Shown: positions 1 to 11,399 of the stretch, one piece after another
Layout: each line of letters begins with the position of its first letter
How positions within the stretch are numbered: the first letter of the stretch is position 1
NCBI GenBank assembly: GCA_032718475.1
Contig: JAUCBJ010001661.1
Span: 1 to 64,000, forward strand
Origin: Nemertoderma westbladi
Taxonomy: Eukaryota; Animalia; Xenacoelomorpha
Direction: 5' to 3'
Length of the DNA: 64,000 nucleotides
Made by a program: the position numbers and the translations under genes
Notes under the pieces: generated by a model
Database searches by the model: none
What the model was told of the DNA's origin: nothing
What the model saw: the letters and a program-made list of their open reading frames with translations, nothing else

Positions 1-852
1 ACGTGCTTCTGCTAATAGCCTAAACAGAAGTTTTACCTCTGTTAAGGAAAATGTTCTCAATTAGTTCACAGAGAACTATCAGTGAACGTAAAACTCACCC
101 TTTAACAGTGACTTATCAGACAGAGAACTAACATTGCCAATAACTCACCGACTAAAATTATCAGCGAACAAATCTTCTCTGTTAGCTTAACAGAGGCAAT
201 TGCTCATCGCCCCAGGACTGCTTGGCTCTTAGCAACCTGTATTGTAAGATACTAGGCTATTAGTATTCTAATTTAATTGAGTGTAAATAGACAATCTGAA
301 AGCTGTTAGTTGCTTGTTGCCATGTTTACACGGATTATGACAGTCAACTTCTTCTGCTGTAAGTTATAAATAATTGTCACTGCAGTAATACATATTTATT
401 ATTGCAGGCTTAACAAATATTTATTACTCAGCACAGTAATAAATAATGATTTATTACATGGGAAAACTTTTTTTTATTATTCTCGAGGCATTTTATTTAC
501 CGAGCGTCAGCGAGGTTAATAAAGGATCGAGATAATATTGAAAAAAAAATGTTCTACGTTTTTTCTCCCAAGTAATACGTAATTTTATTCGTAAATTGGT
601 ACGTTTTTGTTGCACAATTCTTTAATGAAACATAGAGCGATATACAGTAGGCCTTACAGTAGTGTTACCAAATATATTGAACTGTGGTATTTTACTATAT
701 TGCTTCCATACTGCGATTGAAATTATTGTACTCTTAAACTCCTGATGCTATTACTCAATGTTAAATATTTTAGTGTTCTCGAATATTTATTAGAATATTG
801 TGGTTTTGTTCAGAAATGGAAAGAATGAGAAAGTGCGTCACCGCGGGTTGAA

Positions 853-900
853 CCAGCGCTATACACGTTTCAGCCTATCAGGCCTCATCAGTAGCGCTAA
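853..900 (-). ncRNA. Minimal type I hammerhead ribozyme (inverted second copy)
   Basis: Reverse complement of 979-1026 with identical core. Confidence 0.78.
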
Positions 901-978
901 CCAGTTCAGCCATTTGTCCCGAGGGAGTGGATTACAGTAGGTGGAATAGTGAATGACAGGGATAAGTGGCTGAACTAG

Positions 979-1026
979 TTAGCGCTACTGATGAGGCCTG
1001 ATAGGCTGAAACGTGTATAGCGCTGG
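979..1026 (+). ncRNA. Minimal type I hammerhead ribozyme
   Basis: Stem I AGCGCTA/TAGCGCT, core CTGATGA (988-994), stem II GGCCT-GAT-AGGCT, GAAA (1008-1011), vestigial stem III with palindromic ACGT, GTA cleavage triplet (1015-1017). Confidence 0.8.
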
Positions 1027-2403
1027 CTCAACCCGCGGTGACGCACTTCCTCAAATTCTGAACAAAACCATAATATTACATATTTAATTAGAGTTGCATT
1101 AACAGCTCAACTCCAATTTATTTATTCGAGTATTTATTACGTAACGAGAGAGCCGCTTAACTACATAATCCAATATTGGATATTGGGTTCTGTTATGGAG
1201 TACAACTTGCAGACACTAAAGTTTCAATAACTTATGAGTGAGTGAAATAATCTTGCAAACCTTTTCTACTTCGATGCTCTTTCTAACACATGTAATAAAA
1301 TTTAAGAAATTCCACCAAAAATATTTTATTTTACTTTTTTCGCCGGGAAAAAAGTAAAAACAATGCAATCTTATGGGTGACCCTTTCCCTAGGGAAAAAA
1401 AGTGAAACTTTTTCTCCCAACTTTGGAGGACATTCGAGCGAAAAAGTATTAAATTAAGAATACAAATTGTATTTGTTGTAAGTTGCTTTTCTTTGCCAAA
1501 TTCGTTAACAAGTTTGACAAAATAACTAATGTTGGAATTAATTTTCAAAGTAATCTCCTTAATTAATAATAATATTGCATTTAAATAGATAGCGCTGCCG
1601 TTTATGGTATCCGCAGGTTATTTAATATTCTAGAATAATATAATACCATAATATAGCCTATATTACCTATTTTGCTATTTCGCTTTATAAACGGCATTTC
1701 CACATGGAAGAAATTTCGACGGACGATATTTATGCTGAAATAGGACCAGACAAAAGTGATAGAAGATTTACAACAAATAAAAAGACGTAAGCGGTGGAAA
1801 AAAGTAACATATTTTTTGTCTTGCTTTGCTGATTTGTTGTCTTATTTGGGCTAGAGTTCCGCCCGTGCCAACATTTTCATTTTTCTCTAAAATGTGTATT
1901 GTATAGTTTACTAGCTAGGCTACTACTTTTTAATGTTAGTGTGAAGTATTCTAAGATATTTCGAATTATTTTTTTGTTAAATAATGTTCTAGAACATGTT
2001 ATTTTTTGTTCTAAAAGATTTTTAAAAAATTACATTTTTTTGTTTTTTTTAACACTTTTTTGTATAATTAACCTATATACATGTATCTAGTAATTTTATG
2101 TACCTCTCAAGTAATAATTTATATTTATAGCTATAATTTTTTATTTGGTTTCTGAGATATATACGTAGTATTTTTTGTTCTGCACCCCAATTTTTTTTTA
2201 ATTAAATAATAATTTTAATTCATTTTTTTAAAAGAACAAATATTCTATAATTTTTTTATCGAAAATTGATAATAAAAATGTTCTAGAACATTTGGTAGAT
2301 GTTCTAGAACATTTAATAAATGTTCCATCTTTTCAATAAAAAAAAAACAGGCAAAATAGCATAATGTTATTACTGCAGTAATAATATTTTTTTACATTAT
2401 AAT

Positions 2404-3940
2404 TAGGGATGTCCCAGAATTCCGTTCCGGACGGAATTCCGGCGGTTTTTGCCAGATTCCAGTTCCGGCCGGAATGTGGTCAATTCCGGCCGGAATGTGG
2501 TCAATTCCGGCCGGAATTTTACCGGATTTACCAGTTTACTAACTAGTTTAATAGTTTCAATTAATTTGTGAAATTATTTATCACACATTATGTAAAAACA
2601 ATAACAATAATATAATAGTTATGGTCCAACATAACATCGTATTATTCCTAAAGCTGTAGCTTATTTACAAAAGGGTCCTTTATGTTACTTAATTAGGTCC
2701 TGCGTCATTAGCGTTAGGTGTTGCGTAATACATAAGTTTTATTTTATTTCTACAGAAATATAATTCTTACCATAAATATATTTATTCCTAGCAAATATTA
2801 AATTGTAACATGTAATATTGACTCTCGTTTATTGATTTGGTCAGAATTACATGTCACTGTAACCTGATCCTTTCAATAAACGACACCAGGATATCGAATC
2901 AAAGCAATTAATAATACATTTTTGGTCAACGTTGGTTTTTAGGTATGAGCCCAAAAATCCTAACTTTTGGCCAAGGTTATGGGTGAAATCGAATTCCCTG
3001 TCGTTTAACCCTATTTGGCCCGGGAGTGGTCATTACAAAATTTTTTGTAACTCAACTGTATCTTTAAGCCAGGTATGGTGGGAAAACCAAGATTTTGCGA
3101 CTTTTCCTAAAATTTAATGGGCTATCCACCAGCGCAAACCCCAAAATCATAGCTATGTCCAATTTTGGCACTCATCTACAGTATTTTTCGCGCGAAAACT
3201 TTTTCAAAAGTTTTAATAGCTGGACAAAATTAATTTATTTGCGTTATTATAGCGTTTTTTTAGATGCTGATCACGATTATAGAACTTAGATATAACATAA
3301 GAGAACATTTCTAGTAATTTTGAATGTGCCCCCGGGGCACGAAAAAAACAAGTAGTGCAAATATGATAATGAAAAATCACCACAAATCAAACTAATTTTA
3401 TGACATTAGGGGCTTTCCGGGATGCTGATCGTGGGTCATATCATATCCGATTCATTGTGGAATTTTTGGACATGTGCCAATTTGGAACGAAAAATACAAG
3501 TACCGGTAGCACAAATTGATACAAATTTAATGTTTACACTTCCATTAAATATTCTTAAAAAGTTCTATCGTGACCTTATACCACAAAATTGTAATTTTCC
3601 AACCAAGATCTTAAAAAAATTCCAAAAATGACCACCCACCAAGGGCCAATTAGTAAAAATAGACCTGGCCAGATAGCGTTAAGGCCCCCAAGTCCCTATC
3701 CCCCAATCAATCTCTCCTGCTTCTGGACCAGACCACAAGGTGCTGATCGATCTCATTAGAAAACTTGGCTTTAGAAATTTAAAAAATACGTATATTTCAC
3801 AAAAAATTATAAAGGATAATGGTAATTTAGTGTATTTCACTAACTACATAAAAATTCCGGTTCCGGCCGGAATATTCCGGCATAATGAATTCCGGTTCCG
3901 GTTCCGGTCGGAATCAAATATCGATAACGGGACATCCCTA
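2404..3940. mobile_element. Non-autonomous hAT-like DNA transposon
   Basis: TIR TAGGGATGTCCC / GGGACATCCCTA, 8-bp TSD ATTATAAT (2396-2403, 3941-3948), subterminal TTCCGG repeats at both ends. Confidence 0.88.
3009..3678. mobile_element. piggyBac-like MITE nested in the hAT element
   Basis: TTAA on both sides; imperfect TIR CCCTATTTGGCC / GGCCAGATAGCG. Confidence 0.65.
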
Positions 3941-5207
3941 ATTATAATAATATAAAGATTATCTATTCCCCGCCCTTGAGAAGAAGACGACTCATCATCT
4001 CATCTAGAATGTCTCCGAACTCGGAGAACATTGCCCCAAGAAGATGCCTGAATCCTGACGTTAGGTGGTGCCAATCCCAATAAACCGGCACATAACGAAA
4101 ATTTTAGAAGCGAAGCTTCGGTTTATCTTCTAATGGCAATGATTAACCCTACAGAAATAGGACGCAAACAGCTATCGCAACATACTGTAGCTACAGTATA
4201 GTCACTTAAGCTATGGTGACAAGGCAAAAAGGCCCTATAATATCGGATATTGGATATCTGGCAAAATTCTACCGGATATCTGATCTGGATGCAAGAAGTG
4301 ATATCCGGTATACCCCTACTTGTATACTTTGCTTGTTTTATTCCACCAATATACATTTTTTGTTTATTATTCAAACCACCCAAATATATAATAATTGTGC
4401 TCATATGGATTTACACGCAGCAGTAAATAACTACGTACGGTACGTTGAATTACCCGCCCTTGCATATTATGGGCAGGTGGATAACTATTTATATAACAAT
4501 CCAAATAAATTATCCGCAACATATAAATTATACTATAACTAGAGTTTGAATTAATCATGTACAAATATATTTATATGATATTCATATTATTAATAGTATA
4601 TTATTTAATTCTACTATTAATTAACAAAGCCCAGAGTTTAGAAAGAAAGGAAAAAAAGATAAAGGAAAATCTAAATGAGTAATAAAATCAGTCAGTTGTA
4701 TTGATAGACTCCGTTAGTTACAGTCTGTTACGTTTTCCTTTGTCGAAGTACCATAAGAAAACGCGCCCAGTTAAACGCACCTCAGACATATTGACTTCCC
4801 TGTCTTCTTTCACATAGGGAGGAGTTCAAAAAACCAAAGGGAACCAACCTCTAAGCTACCGAACTTCCCTAAAGGAGCGAGTTAATGTAATGGAAGCAAC
4901 ATGTTCAGCAACAGCAGCTGCTTAGAAGAGCTGCTGGTTTAACTGCGATTCAACTGGGAATCTAAAATAACCACTTAAGAATTTCTGTCACGGTACCCTG
5001 AGTTGTTAATAAAGTTATTTTAAAGGGACGGGTTCGGACGGACAAAGTGATCTAGATGACGCATGTCACAGCAGTCCTGTGACTGACATTAACATAAAAT
5101 AACTTCGATTCAATATCTGAATAAGTAGACAAAAATAAACCAAACTTATTTTTATTACCGTTTGCAATATATAAATCAATAATTACATTTAATTAGCACA
5201 TTATCTA

Positions 5208-6086
5208 TCACGATATCGATAAATCGATTCGTTGGAAAATTTCCTCTTTGATAGGAATATATTTGGCTAATAGATCGGGGTTGTTTAGGAGGTGAGCCTG
5301 TTGAAGGGGCATTGGGTCACTATGTACATCGGGTACGGGGGTTAATTCCCCCTCCTTCGCCGTGTATTCCCGGAGCAGATAGTTCGTCCCGGCCCGGTGG
5401 TAGACTCGTGTGTCCCGTATGCGAGCCAACACGTCGTCGACTCGAAGGAAAAACCTCAACAGAATGAAGAAACCCGATTCCATTAGCCGCATCTTAACGT
5501 GGAGTTTGGCGACCCCGTGGTCGCTTAGTTCATCCTCGTAGAGGATTAAATCCTGATAGAAGAGAATCGATTCGCGAACCCTAAGTCGGTCTAAGTCGAT
5601 ACGTTCATCGGTTTCGGAAACGGATAAACATTCGCCGAATTCTGACCCCTTGTAATCCGTAGAGAAAGTCCAATCGAACGGGTCCACCGTGTTTGCGAGG
5701 TGTTCAGAATGCGTACGGGATTCTCTCCACGCCTGGGTTACAGCGACTTTTAGCGGGTCGCTGGTCGCGTTTACTTGTTTCAGCGCATCGAGTGGGTTGA
5801 ACGCTATCCCGGATCCATTGGGTTTGTACTCCAATCTGAGTGTGTTTCTAGGGAATACCATCTCCGGTAGGTGGGGGAGCGATAGAGATGAGTTGTACTC
5901 GCATACTGGGCACATATCAGACAGGGGCATCTCATTACTGGGTGCTGAGCATTGTGCTGAGCACATAGACTGCATCATAGAGCTCCTTGTCGCAGTTATA
6001 TTCCACGGACCCGATGTAAAGTTCTCCGTAGATATATTCGGCACACGACTCAGCAATTCAGCTCCTTTAACTACGTGCTCGCTCAT
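5208..6086 (-). CDS. TIPRL: TIP41-like protein (PP2A/TOR regulator), intronless, ~292 aa
   Basis: TIP41 motifs LPEMVF, FNPLDAL, PFDWTFSTDYKG, LYEDELSDHG, RFFLRVDDVLARIRDTR; first ATG at 6086 (MSEHVV), the ORF track extends to a non-ATG start. Confidence 0.95.
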   Translation of the reverse strand: MSEHVVKGAELLSRVPNISTENFTSGPWNITATRSSMMQSMCSAQCSAPSNEMPLSDMCPVCEYNSSLSLPHLPEMVFPRNTLRLEYKPNGSGIAFNPLDALKQVNATSDPLKVAVTQAWRESRTHSEHLANTVDPFDWTFSTDYKGSEFGECLSVSETDERIDLDRLRVRESILFYQDLILYEDELSDHGVAKLHVKMRLMESGFFILLRFFLRVDDVLARIRDTRVYHRAGTNYLLREYTAKEGELTPVPDVHSDPMPLQQAHLLNNPDLLAKYIPIKEEIFQRIDLSIS

Positions 6087-6685
6087 TATAAAGACAATTT
6101 TTTCAGTTTTGGTTATAGTATAGGCTAGCACTGTAGTAGGGGCTACTCCTACTGCAGTACTGTAGTGCAGAGGGGTGCGGGTCAATTCGCAGATTCGCCC
6201 CTCGACCTATTCCTGTATTCACTATTTGCCCCAAATCGATTCGCACCAGATTTTAGGGGCATAGGCTATGGACTGATGGACATGGCGCGAATCGACTTCT
6301 GGACTTTGATAGTTAACCGATTCGCCCAACCTTTAAGTCCATTCGCCCATATGATTTTATTTAATGTTTTACTACATACAGTACTGCAGTAGGCCTACTA
6401 CTACTAATATCAATATCAAATCAAATCTCACAGTCATATCAATCATCAAAATCAAAATTCCACTATTTTTAGCTTATTTCATTAGGCCTATTTAGTTAAC
6501 TTTAATATCATTATAAATTCAAAAAATATCTAAATAAAGGTACATTAGTTGATTAGGGCCTATATAATATATTCCTGTATTCTGTATTGGTCTGTCTACC
6601 GGGTAGTATGCCCTCCGCCCTACCTCATTCTCATTCCTCATACTGTCACTGTCATACAATAAATTACAATTACCTATATCAGTAC

Positions 6686-6960
6686 AGGGGTGTTTGAAAA
6701 AGGTGGACTGGACACAGAAAACATGGACAACGGACAGACCAATCAGAAACGTATTAAGCAAAGCAGTTTGTAGCAATTGGTCTGTCCGCCTTTTTCAAGT
6801 TTTCGCCTTCTTAGTTACATAATTGGGAATAAGATGTGTGTTTGAAAAAGGTGGACTGGACACATGCACAAAAAACATAGATAATAATAGTCTGACCAAT
6901 CAGAAACGTAAAAGCAATGCTATTTATTAGTGATTGGACTGTCCACCTTTTTAAGGTTTC
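6686..6960. repeat. Two tandem copies of a ~130-bp palindromic repeat with CCAAT motifs
   Basis: GTGTTTGAAAAAGGTGGACTGGACAC...CCAATCAGAAACGTA...ATTGG.CTGTCC.CCTTTTT occurs at ~6690 and ~6838. Confidence 0.6.
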
Positions 6961-7104
6961 AATTATCTATCTATAATGGGCATGCTGGAAGCAGTTGCAT
7001 TAAGAATGCTGCCGGTGTCCTAGCCGTCCGTATTTACAACCCCCCCCCCCCCCACCCCCGCGCCGGATTTCCCCCCTATAAACTTACAGTATAATAATAG
7101 TAGG

Positions 7105-8340
7105 TGTTCGCGCTTTCAGACCTTTGGCAGTTTAACCCGCCAAATTAGGATGTCTTCTAGATAATAAATCACTTTTAGCCTCTGACAAGTATTTGATTAA
7201 CTACACTAGTCGAAACCAATCGGTGCGCGATCATTCACCCGCTGGATATACCCGGGAGATTGGGTTCGACGGCTTAATCGTATTGCTATGTAAGCCTAAT
7301 GTATTATTCGACTGACAGTATTATATAATCTCTGACAATATTATTCACCTTCGGGGAATATTAACAGTTCCTTTAGGACGTGGCGCTCTATCTATATAAA
7401 CAGAGTTATGACTTAAACTACTCACAACGATATGGCTTAGTTACAATTCACATATATGGCGCATTCTTTAGGAAATGCTTCGTTATCAGTCTCACTCATA
7501 CACAATGCTGCACAATACTGCACACTGATCTGCCGATCTTCACTGATTTTAGTCACATATAAAAGGAACACGGACCGAATCATGTAGGGTCTATCAAATA
7601 ACATTAGATTCACTTCAAACCACTTTAACATAAGTCACAATCGTTATATGTAACCTTTCTCTCTTACCTTCGGTATATCAAGAATATTGGGTTTTCGGGG
7701 TTATTTATCGTTATTCCAAATATAATAATTCATCAACCATATTATGAAGAACCGACAGTAAATAGCAGTATAACAATATAAAAGTATGCACAGGTATATT
7801 AGATTAGGTATGTTGCGTTGATTGAGTATGGGCCAGTTAACCAGTGGCCAGTGTGAGGTCAGGTTTGATAACGGATATATGTCCTTATAATTAAGCCTAC
7901 TAGTGTTAGGCTAAAACAGAAAAGCACAAATATTCCAAAGCCGCTCTCTCCTGGCTCAGGACAGAATGTAAACACTGCCCCTAAAGCATTGCGTGATTTC
8001 TAGGAAATTTCTGTACAAGAGCCATAAAAATGCTCTGATTGGCTGACTGAACTGAGAGATGCCGTAGAACAAAGAAAATCGACACGTATGAATATCAGCT
8101 GTTAACCGTCGTCATAGTAACTACTGTTCAAGAGTAGCTATCACCTTTTGCGTCACGGAATTGCCATAGAATCATCAACTATGCCTTTCACAGTACACAT
8201 ACGGAGGAAATAGCTCTTAGATCCTCTAAAAAACACCGATACAGCAATAATACGGTCTCTTACTCCTATTAAATCAACTACAGAGTATTTTAATGGAAAA
8301 ATAAGAAAAATAACGGGGCAATTCAGCAAAGGCTTTTACA
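7105..8340 (-). repeat. 3' LTR of element 1 (1236 bp)
   Basis: Direct repeat of 21875-23116; differs by about 8 substitutions and two small indels (read by eye); TG..CA ends. Confidence 0.96.
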
Positions 8341-8350
8341 CCGCTCCCAG
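8341..8350 (-). promoter_or_regulatory. Polypurine tract of element 1
   Basis: Minus strand CTGGGAGCGG immediately before the 3' LTR; identical in element 2 (34414-34423). Confidence 0.75.
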
Positions 8351-8418
8351 AAAATGGGATTTTCAGTCTATAAAATATAAAAATCACAGTTTCTAAAACA
8401 TAAAGATACTCTAAACAG

Positions 8419-9747
8419 TTAGTTTTTCTTGCGCGGACGGCGTTCACGCAGTTTCCCGAGGCCAGCAAGAGTCCTTTTCTCTTTTGGGCGAGCCACTTTA
8501 CTAGAAAGGCTATAACTCCTGGGTAAAGGGTGCAATACAATTGCATTAGAAGGTTTGGGTTTACGGTCGGTGTCTCGTCCATTTCGATATGCTTCTCCTC
8601 GAGCTGATTTTCCTCCGCTTGTCATGGGATACGTTCGCCCAAAACTCTCGCAGAGAATAGGGTTTTCTAAGCTTGATATCTTCTTAGAGATTCGAGATTT
8701 CCCAATCGAACTGAGATAAGGCCAATTCGTTTATCGATTGGACTTACTGTTATAACTTACGTTTATCTGAACAAACGCAGGTTTCTTTTTTGATCTTTAT
8801 AGAATAGCGTTTAACTCGTTTCGTACAACGCTCTCCTTCACCTTGATGAAGGGTTGTATCGCGTTAAACGGGAACGACCATACGGTTGGATAGTGATATT
8901 AGGTGTCCGCATCACAATCCGGCTAGGTAAGATGGGCGGCTAGCTAGAAATCACTGTCGGAGTGTTACCGATTAATTGTTAGGGTAGCACTAGATCTTTG
9001 AACAGTGAATACAGTCCGCGAGGATCCGCGACACCACCAGGATCGCAGGTCTGAGGTCCAACTAAGGAATGAGGAGGTTTGACCGAGTATTCCGGGACTC
9101 TGATCGTAGGTTTACTCCAGGATCGTTCGAGCCGAGTGAGCATAGGTGATACGTCAAACAAGTTTCGCTCGAAACTCCAGTAAATATAACGAGCACAACT
9201 GTGTTTAACACAACGTTTCCGTGGATGTTTATGTCTTTCCGTCCACTGGCTGGGTCTAGGGCATTTATCGTAATAATACCAAAGACGCACGTCTGGTAGG
9301 GGAAACGCGGATGATATTTATTTGTTGTTACAATGCTTCTATCAAGAATTCTAAATATATGTTGGAGTTACCGCGTTTATTTGTTTCTTTAATGTCTTTT
9401 CTTTCGAGTCAATTTCGAATAGGATTTTCGCATTAGAATTTTGGTTTATCGTTTCGACTCCTCTGGGTAGGATATGTTCGACATAGTCCGTATCGTGTAA
9501 ATCGATAGAATGTCCAGTAGTTAAGAGGTCCATATATGTACCATTACGCTGCGTATATCGAGCGGCGAATTTTCTATAGTCCAACTCGCGCGCGAGTTGC
9601 TCTTGGGACATTGGCGGTTCGATATAACGACCGTCGTCCTCCGCAGCAGTTGGACCAACATCGCCGCGTATTAAGCTATCAACAAACGCTTGTAAAGGTA
9701 GAGTATATCTCCCTGATACCAAGATCATCTTCTATCAACTCAACCAT
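8419..9747 (-). pseudogene. Degenerate accessory cassette of element 1
   Basis: 9351-9747 is a frameshifted homolog of the 132-aa ORF at 37127-37525; 8419-8575 matches the basic C-terminus of the 591-aa ORF; 8630-9300 is unrelated, stop-interrupted sequence including a 103-aa ORF. Confidence 0.65.
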
Positions 9748-11399
9748 ATCTGCTATATGAGTTTATCCATATTATAATGAGTTTATATTTAGGCGAGCGG
9801 GCGTCGCTGCCTACCCCTCTCTGCCCCCGGACAGTGCGAGATCCTCAGCGCTGGTGTCCTTTCGCCGATGTACCTATCGCCAACGTCGTAGCTGCACAAC
9901 GACTACAACAACCAGCACGAGCCACTCCACCGTCCGTCCCAAAGGCTTAGATATACTTCAGGTTCTTATTGGAGAGTTAGGGTTACTTTCACAATTGCGA
10001 CTCGCTACTGTAAACACACCTTAGTAGTAACATTCGCCTATAAACTCACAAATACCACACACACAACTTGTCACAAATTACACACACTCGGGCCATTTGT
10101 CCGTTAGTCAATGCCTTCCAGAATGTCACTGTATTATTATGTATCCTTGGATACTAGCAGTGCGCTATTTATTCCCTATGCTATTCAATGGGACAAGCTT
10201 TCTATTGTTCTTTTAACTCAATTCTAATTCTAGCGTGGTTGTTGCCATGGTGACATTATGCAAAGCTAGCGGTAGAATTAGGGTAATTCCAATGCATACA
10301 GATCTGGGATGTTATTTAATAGTAATTCTTTAATGGTCAATGTCCTGTTTTATACATGACTTTATGAATTTTATCGGCTATTGACTATGTTTGGGAGACT
10401 TTCGCACACTCATACGCATAATAAGATAAATCTCCGCTCCCTTGATCTATTAATGAATGGAATTTTGGGAATGTTATAAATTGCGTAAAAATGGCAATTT
10501 ATTAAATTCATTAAAAGGCATGAATTTAAATTTATTCCCTGAAATTTTATTATTTGATAATTAAATTGACATATTTTGATTCTAGAACATGTCTGGGGAC
10601 ACAAGATCCTTAATTCTATGACAATTGTCTTTTTAAGAATATCGGTAAATGCTACGATATCTTAATTGACTAGAATTGTTGAAGGATCTGAATTTTACAG
10701 ATTTTGATTTATTAGATTTGCAAATATTAAATAATTAATATTTGAGATGGGCACCGATTTATTCCAGAACTTGTCTGGGGACGTTAACCACTGATTCTAG
10801 AATTTGTCTTTCAAGTATATTGGTGGGTGCCGCGATATCTTAATCGACTAGAATTACAGATGGTCAAAGGGTTTAACAGATTTATTTTGCGTTATACGCT
10901 ACTGTTAAAGGGACATCACGCTACTATATGTATTATTTAATATACGGTATGAGAGCAATATCGCACGAAGCAATGTCAGTGTGAAGAGGCAAGTCGTTTC
11001 CAAGGTCTACCCAGAGCTTGGTTTAGCCGAGACACGAGGATCTGAACTTTGCATTCCTAATACTCTGCCTACCAATAATACTTGAATATAGTAGTGGCTT
11101 TATTGTACTTTAATAAGTACGGATATGTCATCTTACTGTAGTTACGTATTTATAATATAATACGGACAGTAAGGAAAGAGGAAAAGAATTATTTCTTGCC
11201 GTCGCACTAAATATAATATAAGTAATTACGTACGCAATAAACACGAATATATTGCACTATTCTGCTAAATAATCGCTAAATAATATTCTACTAAATTAAA
11301 TAAAACGATTATAATAAAATTACATAGTAATACATACATAAATATAAAAATAATAAAATAATATAAAATAATAGAGTCACACGCCCACTCCGAACGATA

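Larger units (their letters stand above)
794..1077. repeat. Long inverted repeat (arms ~794-913 and ~967-1077), each arm carrying a hammerhead motif; probable Penelope-like or retrozyme/SINE remnant
   Basis: AGTGCGTCACCGCGGGTTGAACCAGCGCTATACACGTTTCAGCCTATCAGGCCTCATCAGTAGCGCTAACCAGTTCAGCCA is mirrored almost exactly at 967-1048; outer TATTGTGGTTTTGTTCAGAA / TTCTGAACAAAACCATAATA also pair. Confidence 0.9.

Noticed and set aside
478-525. Match to 55560-55605 in inverted orientation as ends of one giant element
   Set aside because: Short dispersed repeat fragments 55 kb apart with no TSD or terminal structure
6087-6185. N-terminal extension of TIPRL given in the ORF track
   Set aside because: Begins at a non-ATG codon within repeat-like sequence; the first ATG is at 6086
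7380-7631. Short ORFs in the LTRs (also 22150-22401, 33778-34185, 49972-50380)
   Set aside because: Repeated only because the LTRs are duplicated; not conserved between the two LTR types
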